64,000 nt of DNA. Origin: an uncultured Acidimicrobiaceae bacterium. Its GTDB lineage: Bacteria; Actinomycetota; Acidimicrobiia; Acidimicrobiales; MedAcidi-G1. Location: assembly GCA_913053885.1 (NCBI GenBank), contig CAJXGE010000002.1, positions 32,298-96,297 on the forward strand, read 5' to 3'. Shown here one piece after another: positions 48,818 through 59,738 of the stretch. Every line of letters starts with the position of its first letter. The first letter of the stretch is position 1. A program made the position numbers and the translations under genes. The notes under the pieces were generated by a model. That model was given only the letters and a program-made list of their open reading frames with translations, had not been told where the DNA came from and made no database searches.

Positions 48818-49603
48818 ATGAATGAAACTAACAATGAAGCTTCAACTGGAAGCAACCGAGATTTGAGTAATGCTGCGGACATGATTGTCTGTGAGAATGT
48901 CTCAAAATGGTACGGTGACTTTCAAGCGTTGGATGAGGTCTCAGCGACTATTAAAGAGCAAGAAGTAGTGGTTGTTCTAGGTCCTTCTGGGTCGGGAAAA
49001 TCAACTTGGATTCGTTGCATTAACCGCCTTGAACAGCATCAAGAAGGGCGTATCGAAGTTGATGGAATCGAGTTAACAAACGATTTAAGAAATATTGAGA
49101 AGGTTCGTTCTGAAGTCGGAATGGTGTTTCAGCAATTCAACCTTTTCCCGCACCTGAAAGTGATCGATAACGTGACCCTTGCTCCAATATGGGTGAGAAA
49201 GAAACCGAAGGTTGAAGCGCAAGAGCAAGCCATCGCTTTGCTTGAACGAGTAGGGATACCGGAACAGGCAGATAAGTACCCTGGCCAACTTTCAGGTGGA
49301 CAGCAGCAGCGTGTAGCTATAGCTAGGGCGCTGGCAATGGAACCTCGAATCATGCTCTTTGATGAGCCAACTTCAGCTCTTGACCCTGAGATGATTAAAG
49401 AAGTGCTTGATGTTATGAAAGAACTGGCTCTTTCTGGTATGACGATGATGGTGGTAACGCATGAAGTGGGGTTTGCTAAAGAAGTTGCAGATCGAATCAT
49501 CTTTATGGATGAAGGCCAAATCGTTGAGATAGGCACGCCTGAAACTTTCTTCACTAATCCGGTAGAAGAGCGTTCAAAACTTTTCTTATCTCAAATCTTG
49601 TAA
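48818..49603 (+). CDS. aapP: Amino acid ABC transporter ATP-binding protein (AapP/BztD-like)
   Basis: [47 protein letters not shown]. Confidence 0.93.
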   Translation: MNETNNEASTGSNRDLSNAADMIVCENVSKWYGDFQALDEVSATIKEQEVVVVLGPSGSGKSTWIRCINRLEQHQEGRIEVDGIELTNDLRNIEKVRSEVGMVFQQFNLFPHLKVIDNVTLAPIWVRKKPKVEAQEQAIALLERVGIPEQADKYPGQLSGGQQQRVAIARALAMEPRIMLFDEPTSALDPEMIKEVLDVMKELALSGMTMMVVTHEVGFAKEVADRIIFMDEGQIVEIGTPETFFTNPVEERSKLFLSQIL

Positions 49604-49625
49604 AGAATCTTTTTGTAGATATGAA

Positions 49626-50477
49626 ATGAAGATTGAACCTCTCACCGGTGTGATTGGAGCACGAATCACTGGAATCGATCTTCAAAACGTTGACGAATCA
49701 AATGCAAAAGAGCTTCGGGAAAATATATGCAGGCATCAAGTAGTCGTTATACCTGATCAATCTCTTTCACCTAAAGAGCAGACAGAATTTAGTCACCAGC
49801 TTGGCCCTTACTCTCCAGTCCCCTTTGTTCAACCTATACCTAACCATCCTGAAGTAATAAAAATCGTCAAAAAAGCTTCTGAAGTTAATGCGTTTAACTT
49901 TGGTGGAGTTTGGCATAGTGATTTTTCTTTTCTTGAAACCCCTCCAGCTTTTACAATTTTGCACTCAATTGATGTTCCTGTAACGGGCGGCGACACCGTC
50001 TGGACTTCAAATTCAGCCGCTTACGAGGCTTTAGACAGTGAATCTAAATCAAAATTTGAATCTGTAACTTGTATACACTCCGCTTCCGCTTCCTATTCGC
50101 CTAAGCAGCAGAACCTCCACTCATCTCTCACTGGGATGGATATACGAACTTCAACCGAGGCGGAGAAGACTCAGGAGCATCCTCTGGTTTGCACTCACCC
50201 TGAAACTGGAATCAAATCATTGTTTTTCAATGGAACTTACGTCAGAGGCCTAAGGGGTCCTGAAATTAGCAGTTCAGAAGATGAGGAACATTTACTGTTG
50301 TGGTTACATAATTGGACAACGCATGTTCGGTTTACTTTCCGTCACCGCTGGGCTAACGGTGACGTAGTTATTTGGGATAATCGATCCACTCAACATGTGG
50401 CGATAAATGACTACGCGGGCCAAAGAAGAGAGTTGAATCGCACCACTGTTGCGGGAGAAATTCCAAGTTTGTATTAG
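49626..50477 (+). CDS. TauD/TfdA family Fe(II)/2-oxoglutarate dioxygenase
   Basis: IGARITG, WHSD (HxD), GGDT, HPLVCTHPETG, WDNRSTQH, RTT. Confidence 0.92.
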   Translation: MKIEPLTGVIGARITGIDLQNVDESNAKELRENICRHQVVVIPDQSLSPKEQTEFSHQLGPYSPVPFVQPIPNHPEVIKIVKKASEVNAFNFGGVWHSDFSFLETPPAFTILHSIDVPVTGGDTVWTSNSAAYEALDSESKSKFESVTCIHSASASYSPKQQNLHSSLTGMDIRTSTEAEKTQEHPLVCTHPETGIKSLFFNGTYVRGLRGPEISSSEDEEHLLLWLHNWTTHVRFTFRHRWANGDVVIWDNRSTQHVAINDYAGQRRELNRTTVAGEIPSLY

Positions 50478-51346
50478 TTGTCTCGTAAGAGTTCTATAAG
50501 TGATGACGTATCCCAACGTCCATGCCCTTGATCTTGGAGTTGAGCATAATATTCGTCAACCATTGCGGTAATGGGCAATTTTGCCCCTATACGACTAGCT
50601 TCGTTGAATACGATGTCTAAATCTTTTCGCATCCAGTCAAGCGCGAATCCGTGATCAAATTCGCGTTCCAGCATCGTTTCTGATCGGTTTGACATCTGCC
50701 AAGAACCAGACGCTCCTTGACTAATTGCAGCAATAACTTTTTCCATATCCAGACCAGCTCTGCGACCGAAATCTAAGCCTTCCGACAGGCCCTGAACTAA
50801 ACCTGCGATACAAATTTGGTTAACCATTTTTGTTGTTTGACCAGACCCAACTGGGCCGATGAGATTCACCGCCTTTGCATACACTGAAATCACCGACTCA
50901 ACTATTTCGAAAGTTTCTTCTTTACCTCCGCACATGACACTTAGTTGACCGTTTTCAGCTCCTGCTTGACCGCCTGAAACCGGGGCATCAATAAAGCCTA
51001 TGTTTTGTGTTTTTGCCACTTCTGCTATTTCTTTTGCTATTTCTGCTGAGGCTGTTGTGTGATCAACTAAAACGCTTCCGGATTCCATGCCAGCGAGAAC
51101 TCCCGTGTCACCATAAACAACAGAGCGGACATCATCATCGTTCCCTACGCACATAAAAACGATTTGTGAACCCACTGCTGCTTCTGCGGGAGTTGATGCC
51201 GTTTTACCGCCATGGCGATCTTTCCAATCTTCTGCTTTTGTTGTTGTGCGGTTATAAACCGTCGTTGAATAACCTGCTTGCTGTAAATGTCCAGCCATGG
51301 GAAATCCCATTACGCCTAGACCAACAAAAGAAACATTCTTTATCAT
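50474..51346 (-). CDS. Beta-hydroxyacid dehydrogenase (3-hydroxyisobutyrate / tartronate-semialdehyde reductase family)
   Basis: FVGLGVMGFPMA, DAPVSGGQAGA, KMVNQ, KDL; start at ATG 51346. Confidence 0.92.
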   Translation of the reverse strand: MIKNVSFVGLGVMGFPMAGHLQQAGYSTTVYNRTTTKAEDWKDRHGGKTASTPAEAAVGSQIVFMCVGNDDDVRSVVYGDTGVLAGMESGSVLVDHTTASAEIAKEIAEVAKTQNIGFIDAPVSGGQAGAENGQLSVMCGGKEETFEIVESVISVYAKAVNLIGPVGSGQTTKMVNQICIAGLVQGLSEGLDFGRRAGLDMEKVIAAISQGASGSWQMSNRSETMLEREFDHGFALDWMRKDLDIVFNEASRIGAKLPITAMVDEYYAQLQDQGHGRWDTSSLIELLRDN

Positions 51347-51347
51347 T

Positions 51348-52304
51348 TCAAACCCCTGATTTGAGTTCCGCCATAGATGCAAATAGGTCTAATGGAGATT
51401 GGATCTCACTTTGTCCTTCTATTTCTCTGTAAATTGCGTGAACGTTTACTGCTAAACGCTCCCACTCGCCCCATTCTTTGTAAGGTCCCAGATCAATTTC
51501 TGCTATTGCTTCCGTTGCTTTTTGTCCTGCGGCGTGACGTTCCTTACATTCTTTTTCTATAAATGAAAGATAATCCCGAACTGCGGTCACGCCCTCTGCG
51601 TCCGTTAAAGGACCGTGACCTGGAACTACAACATCTGCTTCTAAGCCGATGATTCGATCACAGGCATCAATCCAATTTGAAACTGGTCCATCCCAAATAA
51701 TGGGAGTCCCGTTGATGAAAAGTATGTCCCCGCAGAAGACAGTGGATGCATCTGGTAGATAAACAAGAAGATCACCTGAAGTATGCGCAGGACCTACTTC
51801 GATAAGTTCAACCGTTCTTCCGCCTACATCTAACTGAAGTTCTCCCTGAAAAGTGCGATCAGGTGGAGGAAGTTCAATGTTGTCAAAGTTAAAGGGACCG
51901 AAAGCTTCTTGCACATACTTATTTGTGACTTCACCTAGATCCAAAGCCATAAGCGCTGCGATAGCGGAAGGAGGCATGGCATTCATTTCAGCGGCCGCAG
52001 CTTCTGTGGTTATGATCTGGGCATCCTCGACCAAACTGTTCCCATAACAATGGTCTCCATTTGCATGGGTGTTCACTACAACATCTATAGGTCGACCTGA
52101 AGTAACAACCGACATTGAGTCAAGCATGTTCCGTGTGAGCGAGAGATCAAAAAGGGTGTCAATTAATAACGATGACCAGTCTGAAGCTAATAGACCGGCA
52201 TTGCTCCATCCCCATCCACCGTCTGGTTGCAAATAGGCGAACACCCCATCGGCGACTTCATGCAAGCCCTGAGTGTAAGAAACAGAATTAAGACTTTTGC
52301 TCAC
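51348..52304 (-). CDS. MBL-fold metallo-hydrolase (cyclase-like)
   Basis: WGWSNAG, IDT, NTHANGDHCYGN, PAHTSGD, GD, VPGHG. Confidence 0.9.
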   Translation of the reverse strand: MSKSLNSVSYTQGLHEVADGVFAYLQPDGGWGWSNAGLLASDWSSLLIDTLFDLSLTRNMLDSMSVVTSGRPIDVVVNTHANGDHCYGNSLVEDAQIITTEAAAAEMNAMPPSAIAALMALDLGEVTNKYVQEAFGPFNFDNIELPPPDRTFQGELQLDVGGRTVELIEVGPAHTSGDLLVYLPDASTVFCGDILFINGTPIIWDGPVSNWIDACDRIIGLEADVVVPGHGPLTDAEGVTAVRDYLSFIEKECKERHAAGQKATEAIAEIDLGPYKEWGEWERLAVNVHAIYREIEGQSEIQSPLDLFASMAELKSGV

Positions 52305-52411
52305 GAAATTACTTTAGGCGAAGTGTATAGAATAGGTGAACCCCGTCTAGCCGATTAGGTCAAGAAGGTGGCAGGCTATATCGATAAACCTTTGAATTAG
52401 GAGATTTTAAA

Positions 52412-53344
52412 ATGGGCAACCTCTGTGAAGGCCGAGTGGCCATCGTTACAGGAGCTGGGCGCGGCATCGGACGCGAACATGCACTTCTACTTGCTGAAAA
52501 CGGAGCCAAGGTGATTGTAAATGACCTTGGTGGCGACACTGATGGGTCTGGAGGTGACATAACACCAGCACAGTCTGTAGTCGACGAAATAGCAGCTATG
52601 GGTGGTGAAGCAGTTGTAAACGGAGCCAATGTTGCTGATTTTGATGCTGCAGGAGAAATGATCCAACAAGCGATTGATACTTTTGGAAGTTGCGACATTC
52701 TTATTAACAATGCAGGAATACTTCGTGACCGAATGGTTTTCTCAATGTCAGAGGATGACTGGGATTCCGTGATAAACGTTCATTTGAAAGGAACATTCGC
52801 CCCTACTCATCATGCAGCGGTTTATTGGCGCGAAAAAGTAAAAGCTGGTGGTGAAGCTTTTGGGCGCATTGTAAATACTTCTTCCCCTTCCGGAATCTAT
52901 GGGAATGTAGGACAATCAAATTACGGAGCAGCAAAGGCAGGGATAGCCGCATTTACCCTTATTACTGCTGTTGAGTTAGCGAAATATGGGGTAACAGTTA
53001 ATTGTTTAGCTCCTGGTGCTTACACCCGTATGACAGCTGAATTGCCTGGATTCTCTGGTCTAGACGAAGAGGGTCAAGAAAATTTTGGACCTCGTTGGAT
53101 CTCTGTACCTACAGTCTGGCTATGTAGCGAAGAGGCGCAAAATGTCACAGGAAGAGTCTTTGATGTTGGAGGTCAAAAACTCGGAATCGCCGAGCAATGG
53201 CGTTTAGGGCCTACTGCGGTACAGCCAGATGATCCAGCCGATTTGACTGAAATCATGGCGGAACTTATGGCTGCTGCCCAGCCAAACTCCGGCATGGATG
53301 GCAAACCTGTTGAAGGACCTGGACGACCAGGAAAAACACTCTGA
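52412..53344 (+). CDS. SDR family oxidoreductase (hydroxyacyl-CoA dehydrogenase-like)
   Basis: TGAGRGIG, VNDLG, NNAGILRDR, NYGAAK; AGGAG RBS. Confidence 0.92.
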   Translation: MGNLCEGRVAIVTGAGRGIGREHALLLAENGAKVIVNDLGGDTDGSGGDITPAQSVVDEIAAMGGEAVVNGANVADFDAAGEMIQQAIDTFGSCDILINNAGILRDRMVFSMSEDDWDSVINVHLKGTFAPTHHAAVYWREKVKAGGEAFGRIVNTSSPSGIYGNVGQSNYGAAKAGIAAFTLITAVELAKYGVTVNCLAPGAYTRMTAELPGFSGLDEEGQENFGPRWISVPTVWLCSEEAQNVTGRVFDVGGQKLGIAEQWRLGPTAVQPDDPADLTEIMAELMAAAQPNSGMDGKPVEGPGRPGKTL

Positions 53345-53351
53345 GCTAATC

Positions 53352-54590
53352 ATGGCAATTGATTTTTCTCTATCTCCCGAACTGGAAGAAATTAGATCAC
53401 GAATTCGTGTTTTTATTGATGATGTTGTAAAACCCGGAGAAGCTCTCATTGAAGGGCACGGGGATAATGAACCTCAAGAGGGCAAAGAACGCATTGATAC
53501 CTTGATTTCGATGCGGAAACAAGCATTCAGTGAAGGGCTTTGGCTTCCTCATATGCCTGAGGAATGGGGCGGGATGGGCTTAGGTCACGTCCAATTAGCT
53601 ATGGTTCAAGCAGAAGCGGCTCGATCCCGCTACGGACCGTGGGTTTTGAATTGTCAGGCCCCAGATGAAGGCAACATGCACACTCTGCTCCACTGGGGAA
53701 CTGATGAACAAAAAGAAAAGTATCTCCGTCCATTATGTGAGGGAACGGGCTCTTCTTGTTTTGCGATGACCGAACCTGAAGTGGCGGGGTCTGATCCCAC
53801 TTTGATTCAAACAACAGGGTATCAAGACGGCGAAGAATGGGTGATAAACGGTCATAAGTGGTTTATTTCAAACGCTCATCGTGCACAATTCGCAATCTTA
53901 ATTTCACGCACTGAAGATGACCCTGACTTACCTCAAGCTGCGAACACTGCTTTCATCATTGATCTTCCGCAAAGTGGGTGGAACGAGGTACGAGAGATTG
54001 CAACTATGCATGGTTCTACCGGTCATAGCGAGATCCTTATTGAAGATCTTCGAGTACACGAATCACAAATGCTTGGAGGAAGAGGACAAGGGCACTTACT
54101 TGGGCAATACCGCTTAGGACCAGCTCGACTCGCTCACTGTATGAGGTGGATAGCCCAAGCAGAAACAGCTTTAGACATGATGGTTGAACGATCGTTAGAG
54201 AGGTTTAGCCATGGATCACTTCTGGCAGAAAAGCAAGGAATTCAATGGTTGATCGCAGATTCTACGATGGAGCTTTACCAGTCAAAATTGATGGTTCTAC
54301 ATGCCGCCTACAAAATTGATCGAGGGGAAGACTTCAAATCTGAAGTATCTATGGCAAAACATTTTGTCGCTAACTCCTTAGGTCGAATTATTGACAGATC
54401 AATTCAAGTCCACGGGGCTCTCGGATATTCAACAGACACCCCCCTCGCCGACATGTACCAGCATGCTCGATGGGCAAGATTCGCTGATGGAGCTGACGAA
54501 GTTCATCAAATGCGCATCGCACAAAGAAGTATCAATGCTTTCACTGACTCGGGTTCTACTTCTGCTGCTACAGGGAACTTACCGATCTAA
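53352..54590 (+). CDS. Acyl-CoA dehydrogenase family protein
   Basis: APDEGNM, FAMTEP..AGSDP, INGHKWF, RLGPARLAHCMR, IQVHG, RFADGADEVH; start at ATG 53352. Confidence 0.93.
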   Translation: MAIDFSLSPELEEIRSRIRVFIDDVVKPGEALIEGHGDNEPQEGKERIDTLISMRKQAFSEGLWLPHMPEEWGGMGLGHVQLAMVQAEAARSRYGPWVLNCQAPDEGNMHTLLHWGTDEQKEKYLRPLCEGTGSSCFAMTEPEVAGSDPTLIQTTGYQDGEEWVINGHKWFISNAHRAQFAILISRTEDDPDLPQAANTAFIIDLPQSGWNEVREIATMHGSTGHSEILIEDLRVHESQMLGGRGQGHLLGQYRLGPARLAHCMRWIAQAETALDMMVERSLERFSHGSLLAEKQGIQWLIADSTMELYQSKLMVLHAAYKIDRGEDFKSEVSMAKHFVANSLGRIIDRSIQVHGALGYSTDTPLADMYQHARWARFADGADEVHQMRIAQRSINAFTDSGSTSAATGNLPI

Positions 54591-54661
54591 CTTCACGCTT
54601 AAGATTTCAACAGTTCTGCATATGCGTTAGAGTCTTATTAGTTATATTTTTAGGAGTTCAA

Positions 54662-55840
54662 ATGAACGATGTTGTGATTGTTGAAGCCGTACGTACTCCT
54701 GTCGGGAAACGTAACGGAGGTCTCTCTACCAGTCATTCGGTAGATATTCTTGGAAAAGTCCAAAAAGCTCTTTTTGACAGATCCGGAGTTGATCCGTCAG
54801 AAGTAGGGCAAGTAGTTGGCGGATGTGTCGGGCAAGTTGGTATGCAAACAATGAACGTCACTCGGACCGCATGGTTGTCCGCAGGTCTGCCACTTAGCGC
54901 TCCTGCCACCACGGTTGATGCTCAATGCGGATCTTCGCAACAAGCCACAAACCTCGCTTATGCACTTGTTGCATCTGGAACTGTTGATGTAGCAGTGGGT
55001 TGCGGTGTTGAGTTGATGAGTCGGGTCGGGTTTGGAGCCACTACACCTAAAGATCCTGACGCTGGACGACCAGTAAATCGAAATTACTTTGATCATTTTG
55101 AATTCACTAGCCAATTCGAAGGTTCAGAGCGTATTGCTGATCAATGGGGCATTTCACGACAAGACACTGACTCTTTTGGTGTGTTGTCACAGGAGCGTGC
55201 TGCACGAGCTTGGAATGAAGATCGTTTTGGTACACAAATTGTTCCCGTAGAAGTACCACTTATGGGTGACGATGGTGAAGTAAGCGAAGAAACTACCGTT
55301 ATTTCTAAAGACGAGGGACTGCGAGAAACAACCATGGAGTCTCTAGCTGCGTTAAAGCCGACTGGGAGAAAAGATGGGGTTCACACAGCTGGAACTTCTT
55401 CTCAAATTTCAGATGGTGCGGGTGCTTTATTGCTTATGACCATGAGTAAAGCTGAAGAATTGGGAGTCACTCCCCTTGCTCGAATTGTGGACACTTGCTT
55501 AGTTGGTTCAGATCCTGAACTTATGCTTACTGGACCGATTGGGGCTACACAGAAGTTGCTCAAAGATAACGATATGACTATTGATGACATAGATGTTGTT
55601 GAGATAAATGAAGCATTTGCTTCGGTTGTGCTGGCTTGGGAAAAAGAGTTGGAGCCAGATATGGAACGAGTGAATCCTAATGGCGGCGCAATAGCTCTTG
55701 GACACCCGTTAGGTGGTACCGGTTCTATTTTGACAACAAAAGCTGTTCATGAATTACATCGTTCAGGTGGAGAGCATGCACTAGTCACAATGTGTTGTGG
55801 TGGTGGATTAGGTACCGGAACTTTAATTCAAAAGATCTGA
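54662..55840 (+). CDS. Acetyl-CoA C-acyltransferase (thiolase; FadA5/FadA6-like)
   Basis: AVRTPVGK, QCGSSQQA, NEAFA, GHPLG, MCCGGG. Confidence 0.93.
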   Translation: MNDVVIVEAVRTPVGKRNGGLSTSHSVDILGKVQKALFDRSGVDPSEVGQVVGGCVGQVGMQTMNVTRTAWLSAGLPLSAPATTVDAQCGSSQQATNLAYALVASGTVDVAVGCGVELMSRVGFGATTPKDPDAGRPVNRNYFDHFEFTSQFEGSERIADQWGISRQDTDSFGVLSQERAARAWNEDRFGTQIVPVEVPLMGDDGEVSEETTVISKDEGLRETTMESLAALKPTGRKDGVHTAGTSSQISDGAGALLLMTMSKAEELGVTPLARIVDTCLVGSDPELMLTGPIGATQKLLKDNDMTIDDIDVVEINEAFASVVLAWEKELEPDMERVNPNGGAIALGHPLGGTGSILTTKAVHELHRSGGEHALVTMCCGGGLGTGTLIQKI

Positions 55841-55845
55841 TCCAA

Positions 55846-56949
55846 TTACTTTGGAAACATAGAGAGGTGTGTTGCCTCTAAACGCTGTCCTTCTGGATTC
55901 TCTGTAAAGAAGGTGCCTCCAGCGACCGATGATGAAACTAAGGCAAGAGCCAGGTTTGAGTCATGAAGTGGTGACCATGAAGCCATACGAACTTCACCGA
56001 CTTTTTCTCCTTCGCTATTAAAAGCTGGCCAAGGATGCTCACTGGAGAACTGCATTCGTTCCCCACTTAAGAGAACCTTCACCAGTCGACGCGATGGCCC
56101 TCTTTCTCTTTCTGCTAGCAAGGCCTCTTTCCCTATAAAATCATCTTCCCTGTCAAGTGAGAGGTAATTGTCTAAACCAACCTCTAAAGGTGTCGCCGAT
56201 CCTCCGCAATCACCGCGGTAAGAAAAAAGCCCTGACTCAATGCGCTCAAGTGAAGTGGGCGCCCCAGGATGGATCCCATACTTTTCTCCTGCTTTCCAAA
56301 TCGCGTCCCATAAATCTAACCCTTTGCTTCCGTCTTGAAGGAAAAGTTCAAACCCACCTTGGCCGCTCCATCCGGAACGACAAACCACCATTGGGATTCC
56401 ATCATGTTCTATTTCTTCAAATCCAAAGAAAGGTATATCTCGAACCCACTCTCCGAGATAATCTGCCACAGTATCTTCTGCTCGCGGTCCTTGTACCGCT
56501 AAAGGAGATACATCTGGTTCAAATACTTCACAATCAAATTCTTTAGCGAAAGCAATTCCTTTGCACCAAAAAAGTACATCGCTGTCTGCAATTGATATCC
56601 AATATCTATCCTCTGCGAGTTTCAGAATCATTGGGTCATTCAGCATGACTCCGTCATTATCGCATAAGGGGGCATAACGAACTCTCCCTATGCGACAATC
56701 TGACATGTCTCGAGCTGATACGTATTGAATTAAAGCCAATGCATCAGGTCCTATGATCTCTACTTGCCTCTCAGCGCCTACATCCCAGAGGGATACTCTT
56801 TCCATAAGGGCTTCATATTCTGCGTCCAAATCTCCAAAAGAAACAGGAAGGACCATATGGTTATAGATAGAGAAATGAGTCATCCCATGTTTGATGAGTG
56901 CATCATAAAAAGGTGACTTTCTATTGCGTGGACTTAGAGGGAATTCCAT
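55846..56949 (-). CDS. GcvT-family aminomethyltransferase resembling DMSP demethylase DmdA
   Basis: SIYNHMVLP, LWDVGAERQVEI.GPDA, MLNDP, YWISIADSD, EPDVSPLAVQGP, RSGWSGQGGFE, ERIESG. Confidence 0.78.
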   Translation of the reverse strand: MEFPLSPRNRKSPFYDALIKHGMTHFSIYNHMVLPVSFGDLDAEYEALMERVSLWDVGAERQVEIIGPDALALIQYVSARDMSDCRIGRVRYAPLCDNDGVMLNDPMILKLAEDRYWISIADSDVLFWCKGIAFAKEFDCEVFEPDVSPLAVQGPRAEDTVADYLGEWVRDIPFFGFEEIEHDGIPMVVCRSGWSGQGGFELFLQDGSKGLDLWDAIWKAGEKYGIHPGAPTSLERIESGLFSYRGDCGGSATPLEVGLDNYLSLDREDDFIGKEALLAERERGPSRRLVKVLLSGERMQFSSEHPWPAFNSEGEKVGEVRMASWSPLHDSNLALALVSSSVAGGTFFTENPEGQRLEATHLSMFPK

Positions 56950-56951
56950 TT

Positions 56952-58610
56952 TTACCAATCTTTCTCCGACACTCCATGTCGATATTGTCCTGCTGAACTG
57001 GGTTCTAAAGGTGTATTGCCAAGAATTAAATCCGCTGCTTTTTCTGCAAGCATCATCACAGGAGCATAGATGTTTCCATTAGTAAGTGTTGGCATTGAAG
57101 AGGCGTCAACCACTCTTAAGCCTTCTACACCATGGACTCGCATTGTTTTGGGTGAAATCACACCCATTGCGTCTTCTCCCATGCGAGCTGTTCCACAAGG
57201 GTGCAATGCGGTCTCAGCGTCTTTACGCACCCAATTAAGGACGTCTTCATCTTGTGTGACTTGAGGTCCAGGAGAGATCTCTCCTCCATTGAACTGTTCA
57301 AAAGCTGGCTGACTCATAATATTTCTTGCTGTAGATATTGCTTCAATCCACTCTTTTCTGTCTTCCTCTGTGGAAAGGTAATTGAATTGAATCTTTGGTT
57401 TTCTGAAAGGATCATCTGATTGGATTTGCACCCATCCTTTACTGTTGGAAAACATGGGGCCAATATGAAATTGATAACCGTGTCCTTCAGTGATTGTCGT
57501 CCCGTCGTATCTAACGGCCACTGGTAAAAAGTGAAACATCAAATTTGGCCAAGGAACTTCATCGTTGCTTCGCAGGAAACCTCCAGCTTCAAAATGATTT
57601 GTTGCACCTGGTCCTTTTCTGAATAGCCATTGAAATGCGACACCTGGTTTTCTCCAAAATTTCAGATAGGGCGCCATAGATACCGGTTCTTTGCACGCAT
57701 ATTGCACATAAACCTCAAGGTGGTCTTGAAGATTCTCTCCAACACCGGGCAAATCAACAACTGTTGGAACTCCAGCTTGAGTTAGGACTTCAGATGGCCC
57801 TATGCCAGATAGTTGTAATAACTGAGGAGAATTGAATGCCCCGCCACATGAAATAACTTCTTTTGCTTGAATTGAATACCTCTTCTTATTCTTTTGATAT
57901 TCAACTCCTATCACACGATTTTTCTCCATAATCAGTTTTGTGACGTGAGCACGAGTTATCAAATCTAAATTCTTTCGGTCTTTTAATATCGGATGAAGGT
58001 AAGCGCGAGCTGCTGAATAACGTCTACCCCTATAAACATTTCGATCAAATGCGTTGAAACCTTCCTGACGATACCCATTAACATCTGTGGTTAGCGGGTG
58101 GCCGGCTTCTTGAACAGCCGTTAAAAAAGCTTTAAAAAGTGGGTTTGTCGCCGGTCCACGTTCCAACTTCAACGGACCTTCTCCTCCTCTCCATTCATCT
58201 GGTCCAGCTAAACAATCTTCCATTTTCTTGAAATAAGGTAAACAGTGACTCCAGTCCCACGTTTCGCAACCTTCAAGTGCTGCCCAACGATCAAAGTCCA
58301 TTGGGTTTCCTCGTTGAAAAATCATCCCGTTTATTGAAGATGACCCTCCGAGAACTTTTCCGCGCGCATGGTAAACGCGACGTCCACCCATGCCAGGTTC
58401 AGGCTCTGACTCGTACTTCCAATCGTAAAATCGATTCCCTATACCCATTGAAAGCGCTGCAGGCATGTGGATGATCATGTCTGCTTTCCAGTCGCGACGC
58501 CCAGCTTCAATTAAGAGAACTTTATTTTCTGAATCGTCACTTAGTCGGTTTGCTAAAGCACTTCCTGCAGATCCACCGCCAACAATCACATAGTCATAAG
58601 TTTTAGTCAA
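56952..58610 (-). CDS. betA: Choline dehydrogenase (GMC oxidoreductase)
   Basis: [51 protein letters not shown]; start uncertain (58610, 58616 or 58625). Confidence 0.88.
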   Translation of the reverse strand: MTKTYDYVIVGGGSAGSALANRLSDDSENKVLLIEAGRRDWKADMIIHMPAALSMGIGNRFYDWKYESEPEPGMGGRRVYHARGKVLGGSSSINGMIFQRGNPMDFDRWAALEGCETWDWSHCLPYFKKMEDCLAGPDEWRGGEGPLKLERGPATNPLFKAFLTAVQEAGHPLTTDVNGYRQEGFNAFDRNVYRGRRYSAARAYLHPILKDRKNLDLITRAHVTKLIMEKNRVIGVEYQKNKKRYSIQAKEVISCGGAFNSPQLLQLSGIGPSEVLTQAGVPTVVDLPGVGENLQDHLEVYVQYACKEPVSMAPYLKFWRKPGVAFQWLFRKGPGATNHFEAGGFLRSNDEVPWPNLMFHFLPVAVRYDGTTITEGHGYQFHIGPMFSNSKGWVQIQSDDPFRKPKIQFNYLSTEEDRKEWIEAISTARNIMSQPAFEQFNGGEISPGPQVTQDEDVLNWVRKDAETALHPCGTARMGEDAMGVISPKTMRVHGVEGLRVVDASSMPTLTNGNIYAPVMMLAEKAADLILGNTPLEPSSAGQYRHGVSEKDW

Positions 58611-58721
58611 AATCACTCCGATCAATTCTTAAGAAATTCTGCCTTAACAAACCGACTTAACCTCACCATTTACTTTCAATTTTTTTAATTGTGATTCTTG
58701 TCTTGATATTGCCGGTAACTT

Positions 58722-59738
58722 ATGAGCATGAATGCTGATTTTCGTAGTGATACCTTAACTCAAGCAAGTCCGGATATGAGAGCCAGTATGGCTTCTGCAA
58801 ATGTTGGTGATGATGTGTATGGAGAGGACCCATCAGTAAACGAATTGCAAGACCGAATCGCTTCGTTAACTGGCAAAGAAGCTGCTTTATTTTGTGCTTC
58901 AGGTACACAATCGAATCTCAGTGCTGTTTTAAGTCATGGGCAACGCGGAGATGAATATCTCATTGGAAGAAATTACCATATTCTTCTCAATGAAGTAGCC
59001 GGCGCTTCCGCTCTTGGTGGAATGACTCCTTGGCCCGTAAATGTTAATGAGTACGGGGGACTTGATCCTGCGGATGTCGTTGCTGAAATAAAAGAACCCG
59101 ATCAGCACCACCCAATTACAAGTCTTCTGTGCTTAGAGAACACGGTAAATGGTTACGTCCAGTCAGTTGAACTCATCTCAGATTTATCTCAGGCAGCTCA
59201 TGAAGCAGGTCTCTCAGTTCATCTAGATGGAGCACGACTATTTAATGCCGCTATTGATTTAGGTGTTCCAATTTCTGATTTCACCACATCGGTTGACACA
59301 GTTTCTATTTGTCTCTCAAAAGGTTTAGGAGCACCAGTTGGATCAGTACTTGCTGGGAACAAGGAAACAATTGATAAGGCCTTCAGGGTGAGAAAAATGT
59401 TAGGTGGAGGAATGCGGCAATCAGGCCATCTTGCTGCTGCGGGGCTTTATGCTCTGGATCATCAAGTTGATCGCCTCGTTGAGGACCATTTACGAGCGGA
59501 ACGCATCGCACAAGGCCTTTCTAACATCAACGGACTAGACGTCAAGCAAGCAACCAACATGTTGTGGGTTACTCCCCCGCCAGAGGTCCACTCCAGTCTT
59601 TCTACACATCTAGAGAGCGCTAATATTAAGGTGATTCCTTGGAGTCCAACAATGAGAATCGTCACTCATCTTGATATTGACGATGAAGCGGCTGATTATC
59701 TTGTAGAAGTTTTCCAAGACTTCTTTTCCAACAATTAG
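58722..59738 (+). CDS. ltaE: Low-specificity L-threonine aldolase
   Basis: DFRSDT, VGDDVYGEDP, SGTQSN, LENT, HLDGARLFNA, CLSKGLGAPVG, GGGMRQ. Confidence 0.93.
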   Translation: MSMNADFRSDTLTQASPDMRASMASANVGDDVYGEDPSVNELQDRIASLTGKEAALFCASGTQSNLSAVLSHGQRGDEYLIGRNYHILLNEVAGASALGGMTPWPVNVNEYGGLDPADVVAEIKEPDQHHPITSLLCLENTVNGYVQSVELISDLSQAAHEAGLSVHLDGARLFNAAIDLGVPISDFTTSVDTVSICLSKGLGAPVGSVLAGNKETIDKAFRVRKMLGGGMRQSGHLAAAGLYALDHQVDRLVEDHLRAERIAQGLSNINGLDVKQATNMLWVTPPPEVHSSLSTHLESANIKVIPWSPTMRIVTHLDIDDEAADYLVEVFQDFFSNN

